DNA of 64,000 bases from a virus. Below the pieces are notes generated by a model, which did no database searches, was not told the DNA's origin, and saw only the letters and a program-made list of their open reading frames with translations. Shown here in pieces: positions 10,312 to 19,485 of this stretch. The stretch's first letter is position 1. Every line of letters starts with the position of its first letter. Both the position numbers and the translations under genes were made by a program. The stretch lies in the IMG/VR virus record IMGVR_UViG_3300035181_001055, positions 62,754 through 126,753 of that record. One strand, given 5' to 3'.

Positions 10312-11807
10312 TGGCTGACATAAGAGTTAGAAAGCACGACGAGCTTTATATAAAAATTGAAGCTGAAAGAAGTATACAGTATGAATTGCTCGATCATTTT
10401 AGCTTCTATGTGAAAGATTACAAGTACATGCCTCTCTATAAATCGGGCAAATGGGATGGCAAGATTCGTTTGTTCAATATTTCAACAGGACTGCTTCCTT
10501 CAGGACTTATTGTAGATTTGGCTAAGTTTTGCGAAAAATATGATTACTCGCTTGAAATTGTTGATAAGGAGAGATTGAAGCCGATAAGTTTCAAGGAAGA
10601 TATTGAAGAATTTCTTCATGACTTGCCTTCGATCACAAAGATGCCGCCTAGAGACGAGTATCAGTATCAGATTGATGCTGTTAAGACTTGTGTCAAGCTG
10701 AATAAAGCTCTTGTCTTGTCACCTACAGGGTCTGGTAAAAGTCATATCATATATCTCATCGTTCGTTTTCTTCTCAGATATACTGAAGAATCGATTCTGA
10801 TTTGTGTTCCGACGACATCACTGGTTGAGCAGATGGTTAGTGACTTTGCAAGTTATGTGAATGATGATTTTGACGTTGAAACGATGATTGGCAAGATATA
10901 TAGTGGGAAGGAAAAGATTACGAGCAAGAGGGTTGTTGTTTCAACATGGCAGAGCATATACAAACTACCGCCAGAGTGGTTTTCTAGATTTGGCGGGTTC
11001 ATATGCGATGAAGCTCATCAAGCAGATAGCGGCAGCATCACTAAGATTGTAGGAAAACTCTCACATGCTCCATTCAGATATGGTTTTACGGGAACTCTCG
11101 ATGGAAGTAAAACGCATGACGTGAGTTTGAGAGGGATGTTCGGGCCCATCATCAAAACCACAACAACGAAGAAGTTAATGGATGATGGTGTATTGTCGGG
11201 TTTGAAAATAGATGTTATAATGCTTCAATATAGCAACGACGATTGTAAATTTGTTTCAAAGAATTGCAAGAAATATCAAGATGAGATAGATTGGCTAGTG
11301 AATAATGAGAAACGAAACAAATTTATCATAGCAACTGCTTTCTCTCAACCAAAGAATACACTGGTTCTGTTTAATTTTGTTGGCGGTCATGGAGAAAGAC
11401 TATACAAATATGCTCTTGATAAATCTTCTGAATTTGGTAAAGAAGTCTACTTCGTCCATGGAAATATCAAGGTTGAAGAAAGAGAGCGAATAAGACAACT
11501 TGTGGAAAATAAAGATAACATTATCATTTTTGCCAGTTACGGGACATTTAGTACTGGCGTCAATATGAAGAATTTGCACACCGTTATATTTGCTCACCCT
11601 TTCAAGGCTCGCATACGTAACTTGCAATCGATAGGAAGAGCCCTTCGCAGAAGTAGCGGAAAGGAATCAGCTAAGCTGGTTGACATCGGCGACGATCTGT
11701 CTTATAATGGCAGAAAAAATGTATCGCTCGAACATCTAGTCGAGAGGCTTAAAATTTATGAGTCAGAACAATTCGAATACGTCGTTAGAAAAAGAGATCT
11801 CGGATAA
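10308..11807 (+). CDS. uvsW: UvsW SF2 helicase
   Basis: KWDGKIRLF, SPTGSGKS, DEAH and LQSIGRALR motifs. Confidence 0.95.
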   Translation: MMADIRVRKHDELYIKIEAERSIQYELLDHFSFYVKDYKYMPLYKSGKWDGKIRLFNISTGLLPSGLIVDLAKFCEKYDYSLEIVDKERLKPISFKEDIEEFLHDLPSITKMPPRDEYQYQIDAVKTCVKLNKALVLSPTGSGKSHIIYLIVRFLLRYTEESILICVPTTSLVEQMVSDFASYVNDDFDVETMIGKIYSGKEKITSKRVVVSTWQSIYKLPPEWFSRFGGFICDEAHQADSGSITKIVGKLSHAPFRYGFTGTLDGSKTHDVSLRGMFGPIIKTTTTKKLMDDGVLSGLKIDVIMLQYSNDDCKFVSKNCKKYQDEIDWLVNNEKRNKFIIATAFSQPKNTLVLFNFVGGHGERLYKYALDKSSEFGKEVYFVHGNIKVEERERIRQLVENKDNIIIFASYGTFSTGVNMKNLHTVIFAHPFKARIRNLQSIGRALRRSSGKESAKLVDIGDDLSYNGRKNVSLEHLVERLKIYESEQFEYVVRKRDLG

Positions 11808-12204
11808 ACCTCTCAGAATTATTAGTTTGTCGAATGGCGTTACTATCTTAGGAAAGATAGTAGCTATGAATCAGTACGTGGCGCAGATTTCTTTTCCTGT
11901 TTCATTGGATGTTATTTTTGATTCTGATGAGGATATTGTTGGGATGAGTTTAGTTCCTTACTTAGCCCCTTTTTCTGTAATGAGTCCGTTTGCTTTAGTG
12001 AATTTCAATATCAATCAAATTATTAGTTTCTCTCTTCCGTCGCCTGATATTGCTGAGAAATATGAAGAGGGGTTTCGCAAGATCTCTGAGCGATATAACG
12101 AAAATCTAGATAAAGCGATGGAAGATTATTTTCATTCGAGTGAATCTCACGATGCGAGTGTTTCAGGAGTGTGGGTTGCTCCAGGTTCAAAAACAATTCA
12201 TTGA
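11758..12204 (+). CDS. Conserved hypothetical protein between uvsW and gp55; start uncertain
   Basis: ORF fills the gap; possible Sm-like beta-rich N-terminus. Confidence 0.6.
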   Translation: MSQNNSNTSLEKEISDKPLRIISLSNGVTILGKIVAMNQYVAQISFPVSLDVIFDSDEDIVGMSLVPYLAPFSVMSPFALVNFNINQIISFSLPSPDIAEKYEEGFRKISERYNENLDKAMEDYFHSSESHDASVSGVWVAPGSKTIH

Positions 12205-12218
12205 AGAAAGCGCGGTTT

Positions 12219-12665
12219 ATGACAAATCACTATGTAGATAACGCCAAATTTCTTGAACTCTTAAAAGAGTACATAAAAGACAGGAATAAGAGAAAGGAAG
12301 AAGGTCTTCCTCCGCCTGAAATTCCGAATGAAATTGGCAAGATATTCATACAGATTGCCACAAAATTAAGTCAGCGTTATAACTTCAACGGATACACTTT
12401 TAAGGATGAGATGATTGGCGACGGCATTCTCAATGCGGTTGAAGCTATAAACGGATTTGACCCAGAAAAGGGCAGTAAGCCTTTCGCATACTTCACTCAA
12501 GTTATTTTTTGGGCTTTTGTTAGGCGTATTGAAAGTGAAAAGAAGGAGCATGCTTCTCGAATTAAGATGATGTTTGATGGAGATGTGAGCACATTTGACG
12601 TCCGAGACGGTGATACATATTCTATCAACCGAGATGACATCTTTCTTTGGTACAATCAGCGGTGA
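12219..12665 (+). CDS. gp55: Late-transcription sigma factor
   Basis: HYVDNAKF, YTFKDEMIGDGI and FAYFTQVIFWAFVRRI motifs. Confidence 0.95.
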   Translation: MTNHYVDNAKFLELLKEYIKDRNKRKEEGLPPPEIPNEIGKIFIQIATKLSQRYNFNGYTFKDEMIGDGILNAVEAINGFDPEKGSKPFAYFTQVIFWAFVRRIESEKKEHASRIKMMFDGDVSTFDVRDGDTYSINRDDIFLWYNQR

Positions 12666-12672
12666 AAAATAG

Positions 12673-13740
12673 ATGAAGATTGCAATGATTTCCGATATTC
12701 ATTTCGGTGTCAGAAATGATTCTCAATTTTTTCACGAAAATCTTTTCAAGTTTATTGAAGGCGTTTTTTTGCCGTATATTGAAGAAAATGGAATAAAAAC
12801 ACTTCTGATTTTGGGCGACACTTGGGATCGTAGAAAGTACGTGAATTTCTATACTCTCAATGATGTTCGCGAGCGTTTTCTTGATAAATTGAATCAAATG
12901 GGGGTTGCTGTTAAAATCATCTATGGCAACCATGATGTTTATTTCAAAAACACTAATGATGTCAATAGCATTGATTTATTGTTTGATTCATATCAGAATA
13001 TTGAGATTGTTAGCGATCATAAAGTCTTTGACTTTGATGGTCTTAAAGTTGGCATGATAAGTTGGATTCATAATGAAAATTTGGAAGAGAGTCTCATGTG
13101 GATTTCAACTGTCGTATGTGATGTTCTATGCGGTCATTTCGAAATTAGGAATTTCGAGGTGATGAAAGGGCATTATTGTGAGAATGGATTTGATCCTAGT
13201 ATTTTTGAACGCTTCGAGTATGTTTTCAGCGGCCATTTTCATATAATAAGCAACGATGGCCGCATTTTCTACATAGGCAATCCTAGCCAGACAAATTGGA
13301 GCGATTACGGTCTGAAAAAAGGATTTCATGTTTTTGATACCGCGGACCGCTCTATTGAGTTCATTGAAAATCCTTTCAATGTGTATGAGAAATATCATTA
13401 TGATGAATCGATTGATTTGTTGACTTTTGATTACGATAAGTTCAAAGATAAGATTGTTCGCATATATGTGAATTCTTTTGACATTTCCAATCGACGAAAA
13501 TTTGATTTGTTCATTGATAAGATTTCTCAAGTTTCTTTCAGCGTCGACGTGCAAGAAATTGATCCCGCTTTCAATCAAATTGGCCTTGATGGTGAAATTG
13601 AAGTGCAATATACTGATACTATGAGTTTAGTGGATCAATATATAGAATCTATCAGTTCAGACGGGATCGATAAGAAAAAGCTTCGTTCCTATTTCAGTGA
13701 TATTTACAATGAGGCTATTGAGAAAACGGTGGCTGCATGA
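12673..13740 (+). CDS. gp47: Recombination endonuclease subunit (Mre11-like)
   Basis: SDIHFG, GDTWD, GNHD and SGHFH metallophosphoesterase motifs. Confidence 0.95.
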   Translation: MKIAMISDIHFGVRNDSQFFHENLFKFIEGVFLPYIEENGIKTLLILGDTWDRRKYVNFYTLNDVRERFLDKLNQMGVAVKIIYGNHDVYFKNTNDVNSIDLLFDSYQNIEIVSDHKVFDFDGLKVGMISWIHNENLEESLMWISTVVCDVLCGHFEIRNFEVMKGHYCENGFDPSIFERFEYVFSGHFHIISNDGRIFYIGNPSQTNWSDYGLKKGFHVFDTADRSIEFIENPFNVYEKYHYDESIDLLTFDYDKFKDKIVRIYVNSFDISNRRKFDLFIDKISQVSFSVDVQEIDPAFNQIGLDGEIEVQYTDTMSLVDQYIESISSDGIDKKKLRSYFSDIYNEAIEKTVAA

Positions 13741-15461
13741 TTGTTTTTCATACTATTCGATACAAGAATATATTGAGTTTCGGCAATATGATGACCGAGA
13801 TTCAGCTAGATAGAAGCCCTACAACTCTGATACAAGGGAAGAATGGCGGAGGAAAGAGCACCTTACTAGATGCTATCTGTTACGCTCTTTTCGGTAAACC
13901 GTTTCGTAGAATCAATCGCCCTCAGTTGATGAATCACAAAAACAAGAGAGAGTTGCTAACGGAGATTGAGTTCTCAATCAAGGACTCTCGTTACATGGTT
14001 CGTCGCGGCATGAACCCGCAAGTGTTTGAGATTTACCGTGATGGTGAGCTAATAAATCAAAATGCAGCGACGCGAGACTACCAAGAATATCTAGAGACTA
14101 ACATTCTCAATTTTGATTATTCTGCGTTTACACAAATTGTTATTCTAGGAAAAGCAACGTACGTTAGCTTTATGCGCTTGACGTCTGAACAGCGTAGGAA
14201 GTTCATAGAGAGCATTCTGGGTTTGAATATTTTTAGCGCGATGGTTGAGATTCATCGTGTTAAAATTGCAGAGCTCAAAGAAAAGATAAATGAAATCAAA
14301 GGCGCGATATCTGTTGCTAAAGAAAAGATAGAGGTTCGAGAAAATTATATACGTAAACTTGAAGCTGATGCTATCGCAAAAAGAACAGATTTGATTGCCA
14401 AGATCGATGCTAATATTGAAATGATTAAGAATGAAATCAATAGCATCGACGAAAAAATAAATGAGTTAGAATCTTCCAGGATATCGGTCGACGAAAGAGA
14501 GATCGAAAGCTTAGAATCTCGCATTAACCAACTGAGCAGTTTCATTGCGAAGAGTGAAGTTCGATACAATCAGATGATGAAAGATTTGAGATTTTTTGTT
14601 GATAATGATATATGCCCTACTTGTAGTCAGCCAATTGAGAATGATATAAAACAGACAAAAATATCTGAGCTCGATAGGAAAATGAAAGAGATTTCAGATA
14701 TTATTGATGATTTGAGAGCAAAGAGCGGTGAGGCGATGTCTGCTCTGAGAGAAATCAACAGCGCGGTTGAAATAAACCATCAAATAGGAAAGCAATTGTC
14801 AGCTCTGATTGCCAGTAAAGAAGAGAAGAGCAGACAAATTTCTTTGCTCAATTCGGAGAAAAATAGAGAAAATGATGATGACAAGGAAAAAATTGACGTC
14901 GAGAAGAAAACTCTCAATGCTCTTTGCGACACTTATGATAAGCTAGTTGACAAGAAATCAGAACTTCTGGAGAAATTTGAGTACTTTGATCTGATTTCTA
15001 GTATGCTGAAAGACACTGGTATTAAGCGTATGGTTATTCGCAAGTACATTCCTTTAATTAACAGAATAACAAACGACCATCTCAAGAATTTAGGTTTCTT
15101 CGTCAAATTTACTTTGGATGAAGACTTCAATGAAAAGATTCTAGCTCGTGGGATTGATGAACTGAGTTATTTCAATTTCAGTGAAGGAGAAAAGCTGCGA
15201 ATTGATCTTGCCATACTGATGACATGGCGAGAAATTGCTAAAATGCAGAATAAGATGAGCACTAACCTTCTGATTTTTGACGAGATCTTTGACAGCTCGA
15301 TGGATCAGGCGGGAGTCGACGCGTTCGTTGAGCTGCTCGGCAGAATGAAGAACACCAATGTGTTTGTTATCAGCCACACGCCAGACAAGCTGGCAGACAA
15401 GTTCCGAAGCAGCATCAGCTTCGAGAAAGAGAACGGGTTCAGCAGGATCGTGACTGCTTGA
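13737..15461 (+). CDS. gp46: Recombination ATPase subunit (Rad50-like)
   Basis: GKNGGGKST Walker A, CPTC zinc hook, FSEGEK signature and LLIFDE. Confidence 0.96.
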   Translation: MIVFHTIRYKNILSFGNMMTEIQLDRSPTTLIQGKNGGGKSTLLDAICYALFGKPFRRINRPQLMNHKNKRELLTEIEFSIKDSRYMVRRGMNPQVFEIYRDGELINQNAATRDYQEYLETNILNFDYSAFTQIVILGKATYVSFMRLTSEQRRKFIESILGLNIFSAMVEIHRVKIAELKEKINEIKGAISVAKEKIEVRENYIRKLEADAIAKRTDLIAKIDANIEMIKNEINSIDEKINELESSRISVDEREIESLESRINQLSSFIAKSEVRYNQMMKDLRFFVDNDICPTCSQPIENDIKQTKISELDRKMKEISDIIDDLRAKSGEAMSALREINSAVEINHQIGKQLSALIASKEEKSRQISLLNSEKNRENDDDKEKIDVEKKTLNALCDTYDKLVDKKSELLEKFEYFDLISSMLKDTGIKRMVIRKYIPLINRITNDHLKNLGFFVKFTLDEDFNEKILARGIDELSYFNFSEGEKLRIDLAILMTWREIAKMQNKMSTNLLIFDEIFDSSMDQAGVDAFVELLGRMKNTNVFVISHTPDKLADKFRSSISFEKENGFSRIVTA

Positions 15462-15486
15462 CATCCTGGCCGTTCCATGCTATAAT
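15458..15486 (+). promoter_or_regulatory. Consensus sigma70 promoter for gp45-44-62-regA
   Basis: TTGACA-17 nt-TATAAT. Confidence 0.9.
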
Positions 15487-15524
15487 GTAGCCTCTTCGTT
15501 ATCTTTTCTAGTGGAGATTGAACT

Positions 15525-16178
15525 ATGAAACTTTCGAAACAAACCGTCGAAGTCCTCAAGAATTTCAATGGCATTAACCAAGGAATTCTATTTCGCGAGG
15601 GGAATGTTATCAGGACTATGAGTGTCATGAAGAACATTTTTGCCACTGCTATTGTTGCAGATGAATTCCCTCGTGAGTTCGCGGTTTATGATTTAGGGGA
15701 ATTTCTTTCGACTGTCAGTTTGTTCAGCGACCCTGAGCTACAGTTCAAAGACGAGCACTTTGTAATCTCTGAAGGCAATACAAAGGTCAAGTACTTTTAC
15801 AGCAATCCTAGTGTTGTTGTGAGTCCGCCTAATAAAAGCATAGCTATGCCAGAACCCGACGCTACATTCGCGATCACAAAAACACAATTTGAGCAGCTTT
15901 TGAAAGCTGCTGCAGTCATGCGCCTCAAAGATTTTGCGGTCAATGAAAAAGGTCTGAAAGTGTTCAATCGCAATAGCGTTGGCAATCAGTATACTGTTGA
16001 AACAAGCGTTGAATCGTCTGAGGATGAATTCGAGTATATTTTGAAAGTTGAGAATCTGAAAATGATTCCAGCTGATTATCAAGTTGCTATCACTAAGAAG
16101 GGTATTGCGCAGTTCAAAGCTAGCGCAACCAAAGATACACCTGAGCTTGAATACTTCATTGCACTTGAAACTGACTGA
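15525..16178 (+). CDS. gp45: Sliding clamp
   Basis: MKLSKQTVEVLKNFNGINQGI, FAVYDLGEFL and YFIALE motifs. Confidence 0.95.
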   Translation: MKLSKQTVEVLKNFNGINQGILFREGNVIRTMSVMKNIFATAIVADEFPREFAVYDLGEFLSTVSLFSDPELQFKDEHFVISEGNTKVKYFYSNPSVVVSPPNKSIAMPEPDATFAITKTQFEQLLKAAAVMRLKDFAVNEKGLKVFNRNSVGNQYTVETSVESSEDEFEYILKVENLKMIPADYQVAITKKGIAQFKASATKDTPELEYFIALETD

Positions 16179-16186
16179 TTTTTGAA

Positions 16187-17146
16187 ATGGGGAATATGAT
16201 GTCAGATCGTGAAGAATTTCTGTGGGTTGAGAAGTATCGTCCTAAAGTTATTTCAGACTGCGTTCTTCCTGAACGCATGAAAGAATATTTTACTGAAATG
16301 GTCAAAAAGGGCGAGCTTCAGAACATGCTCCTGGTGGGAGGACCAGGGACAGGCAAGACGACTGTTGCTCGAGCTCTCTGCAATGAGCTGAGTCTCGATT
16401 ACTTGATGATTAATGCGTCCGAGAATGGCAATATCGATGTTCTGCGCACGACGATTCGCGGCTTTGCGTCGACAATGTCATTTACCAGCAGCTACAAAGT
16501 CGTCATTCTTGACGAAGCAGACTATCTGAATGCAAATTCAACTCAACCTGCTCTTCGCAATTTCATCGAGGAGTTCAGCAAAAATTGCCGCTTTATTATG
16601 ACGGCGAATTATGCTAATAGAATCATCGATCCGCTAAAAAGTCGTTGCGCGGTCATTGAGTTCAATTTTTCAAAAGAAGAAAAGCAACAGATGGTGGTTT
16701 CATTCGACCGCCGCGTGAAAGAAATTCTCGAAAAAGAAGGCGTGACATACGACAAGAAAGTGCTAGCCCAGGTTTTGGTTAAGTACTTCCCCGATTTTCG
16801 AAAAATCCTCAACGAGTTGCAGCGTCATTCTTCTGGCGGAGTTATTGAAAGCGCGGTGCTAACTAGTTTGAGTGACGACAGCATCAAGAAATTGTATGGT
16901 TATCTTCGTGACACATCGAAGTGGCTTGAAATGAGAAAGTGGGTTGCAGATAACCTTGATAATGATTTCAATTTGATATCTCGCGCAATTTATGAGAGGG
17001 CCGAAGATTTTGTTAAACCTGGGAGCATACCTCAACTAGTTCTTACGCTCGCTCAGTATGATTATAAGAATAGTTTCGTTATGGACAAAGAAATCAATCT
17101 GGTAGCTATGCTCACAGAAATTATGGCGCAAGTGGAGTTCAAATGA
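16187..17146 (+). CDS. gp44: Clamp loader large subunit
   Basis: LWVEKYRP, GPGTGKT, DEAD and SRC motifs. Confidence 0.96.
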   Translation: MGNMMSDREEFLWVEKYRPKVISDCVLPERMKEYFTEMVKKGELQNMLLVGGPGTGKTTVARALCNELSLDYLMINASENGNIDVLRTTIRGFASTMSFTSSYKVVILDEADYLNANSTQPALRNFIEEFSKNCRFIMTANYANRIIDPLKSRCAVIEFNFSKEEKQQMVVSFDRRVKEILEKEGVTYDKKVLAQVLVKYFPDFRKILNELQRHSSGGVIESAVLTSLSDDSIKKLYGYLRDTSKWLEMRKWVADNLDNDFNLISRAIYERAEDFVKPGSIPQLVLTLAQYDYKNSFVMDKEINLVAMLTEIMAQVEFK

Positions 17147-17529
17147 GCGAAAAATTTACCTTGATTGACTATCTTAACAATATAAATGAGAAAAAAGGCG
17201 GAGTTCTACAATCGCCCGAATTGAAAGATTATCAGCCATACATCATAAATCGTGCATTGAGTCAGCAAAGAGATCTCATTTATCTCGCGAACGAAATGAA
17301 TGCCTTAAATAATGTTGACAAGGACATGCACTATGCGTTCTTGTACTATGGAGTTCCTAAGAAGCGTAGATATGGGAAATGGGCTAAGAATGAAGATGAT
17401 AAAGAGAGTATCAGAATCATTCAGGAATATTATGGATACTCATATCAACGAGCTAAGGAGGTTCTACCTCTATTGATCAACAAAATGGCTGAAATCAAGA
17501 AAAAACTTGAAAAAGGCGGAAAGGTGTAA
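17143..17529 (+). CDS. gp62: Clamp loader small subunit
   Basis: YQPYIINRALS and YYGYSYQRA motifs; follows gp44. Confidence 0.92.
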   Translation: MSEKFTLIDYLNNINEKKGGVLQSPELKDYQPYIINRALSQQRDLIYLANEMNALNNVDKDMHYAFLYYGVPKKRRYGKWAKNEDDKESIRIIQEYYGYSYQRAKEVLPLLINKMAEIKKKLEKGGKV

Positions 17530-17531
17530 AA

Positions 17532-17951
17532 ATGTCAGAAAGAAATGATATTCTTGAAAATTTCATTGAAATTGAATCTGTTAATAGCGATGAGTTTCTG
17601 AAAATCAAGGAAACGTTGACTCGAATTGGGCTGGCGAGTCGAAAGAAAGGCAATGAGCGACCAATTCTTTGGCAAAGCTGCCATATTTTTCATAAAAAGG
17701 GCAGATACTATATTGTTCATTTCAAACAATTGTTTTTGCTTGATGGGCGATTTAATAAAACTGAAATTAGCGAAGAAGATCGCGGCAGAACTGCATTGGT
17801 TGCGAGTATGCTCAATCAGTGGGGTCTTATCAAGCCTGTGAAAAAGGTCCCTGAATATGACCCTAAAACGAAAGTGACAGTGATCCCATTCAAAGAAAAA
17901 GATAAGTGGGAACTGAAGTCCAAGTACAATATTGGAAAGAAGGTGAATTGA
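17532..17951 (+). CDS. regA: Translational repressor RegA
   Basis: FLKIKETLTRIG and LWQSCHIFHKKGRYYIVHFKQLF motifs. Confidence 0.95.
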   Translation: MSERNDILENFIEIESVNSDEFLKIKETLTRIGLASRKKGNERPILWQSCHIFHKKGRYYIVHFKQLFLLDGRFNKTEISEEDRGRTALVASMLNQWGLIKPVKKVPEYDPKTKVTVIPFKEKDKWELKSKYNIGKKVN

Positions 17952-17952
17952 T

Positions 17953-18627
17953 ATGAGCAATCAGAAGAATCGAAATAACAAGCAATCTCCAAAAGATATT
18001 GACCTAGGGATGATTGAATTGAATGCAGTTCTTCCAGAAAATTGTGATGAAGGTGCATCAATCAACTTTGATGAGACGAATGATTCTGTTTCCGCTAAGA
18101 AAGTTGTTCCTATCGGAATCTACAAATTGCATGACACAGTCAAAACTCCTAAGTATGCGACTCCTGGTAGCGCCTGTTTTGATTTGTATGCCGATTTCAC
18201 TGGAATTGAATCAATTAAGGTTTATTCGCCGCATAACACAGAAACTTCGAGATTTGTCCAGAGCTTCATTGAAAGCGGGAACAGCAAAGGTGTCGTCATT
18301 GATTCTGGTGAGCGAGCTCTCATCCCAACAAACATCATTTTCGACATTCCTGAAGGCTGGAAAATGCTTATCTATGCTAGGAGCGGATCTGCATTGAAAC
18401 AAGCTGCTGTTTTGGCAAATGGGGTCGGCGTGGTTGACAGCGATTACGTTGAGCCTTCATATGTTATTATTTTCAATCAAAGCAAACATCGTCTTGTTAT
18501 TAAGCAAGGCGATCGTATTGCACAAGCAGAAATAGTCCCTGTAGTTCAAGCTTCTTTCAATCTTCTTTCTTCTGCGCCTTCGATTAAAACAAATCGTGCT
18601 GGCGGGTTTGGCTCAACTGGTAAATGA
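17953..18627 (+). CDS. dut: dUTPase (trimeric type) with N-terminal extension
   Basis: GSACFDL, RSG, GVVDSDY, RIAQ and RAGGFGSTG motifs. Confidence 0.95.
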   Translation: MSNQKNRNNKQSPKDIDLGMIELNAVLPENCDEGASINFDETNDSVSAKKVVPIGIYKLHDTVKTPKYATPGSACFDLYADFTGIESIKVYSPHNTETSRFVQSFIESGNSKGVVIDSGERALIPTNIIFDIPEGWKMLIYARSGSALKQAAVLANGVGVVDSDYVEPSYVIIFNQSKHRLVIKQGDRIAQAEIVPVVQASFNLLSSAPSIKTNRAGGFGSTGK

Positions 18628-18636
18628 GGTGTAAGT

Positions 18637-18927
18637 ATGGCAATCAAAGCAGTTTTTATGCAAATGGGTCTCATTGTAGGCGACTTCGAGGAAGGTATGG
18701 ACGGGAATTACAAAGTCAGTAAGCCCGTTCTCGTAGTAACGCAGCGAGACAATGCTTCTTTCGTTCCTTTTCTAGGGATGATGGAAGAACAAAGTTTAAC
18801 AATCAAGCCAAGTGAATGCTTCTTCGGGCAACTTTTCACGCCTGTTGTCGAGCTTAGAAATCATTACAATCAAATGTTCGGCTCAGGAATTGTTGAGGCG
18901 CCTGCAAGTGCTATTCAACTCAGTTGA
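18637..18927 (+). CDS. Hypothetical protein
   Basis: 96-aa ORF with GAGGTG RBS. Confidence 0.7.
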   Translation: MAIKAVFMQMGLIVGDFEEGMDGNYKVSKPVLVVTQRDNASFVPFLGMMEEQSLTIKPSECFFGQLFTPVVELRNHYNQMFGSGIVEAPASAIQLS

Positions 18928-18952
18928 CAATCTTCAGAATTTTAATTAGACT
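18924..18952 (+). promoter_or_regulatory. sigma70-type promoter
   Basis: TTGACA-17 nt-TAGACT. Confidence 0.6.
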
Positions 18953-19050
18953 AGCCCCTCGAATTGTAAACAATTCTATCACAAAAAGTTGAGGCGCTTG
19001 CGATTTGAGGGTTGATTTTTCAATTGGTCGATGTTACTCGGCGAAGAAAT

Positions 19051-19476
19051 TTATTTATCAGGGTTATCAATTTTGAGCGAACGCTCTCTTTCTATAGAAA
19101 CTGATTCTTCTTCATCTCGGTAATATCTTTCCTGATAACCTCTATACCTATGGCTAATCCACTTGCTGGCAACCGCATTGCTTGCAACCACACCTAGATA
19201 AATTACCCAAACAGCTTCTAGTACACCTGATGTGGACCCGCTGTTGAATAAGTTGAGACTCAGAAATGCAACCGTTGCTGCGAAATATGCCACATTGCTC
19301 CAAAATTTAGTGTGGCTTAGTCTGTTGTTCACTTCATTTTTGTAAAGCTCAGTCATATCCATCTTTCTTCCTGCTTTTATTAGTATGAAAAAGAGGATTA
19401 GTAAGAATATAGTCAGGAATACTGAGCTTATGATGTTGAACGTGTTAGCCAGAAATTGGCTTAAATTTGATTTCAT
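19051..19476 (-). CDS. Membrane protein, candidate holin
   Basis: 2-3 hydrophobic segments and a charged C-tail. The RLSHTKFWSNVAY...VWVIYLG pattern recalls small phage membrane proteins. Alternative start at 19362 (M-D-M). Confidence 0.55.
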   Translation of the reverse strand: MKSNLSQFLANTFNIISSVFLTIFLLILFFILIKAGRKMDMTELYKNEVNNRLSHTKFWSNVAYFAATVAFLSLNLFNSGSTSGVLEAVWVIYLGVVASNAVASKWISHRYRGYQERYYRDEEESVSIERERSLKIDNPDK

Positions 19477-19485
19477 GGAGGTTTA

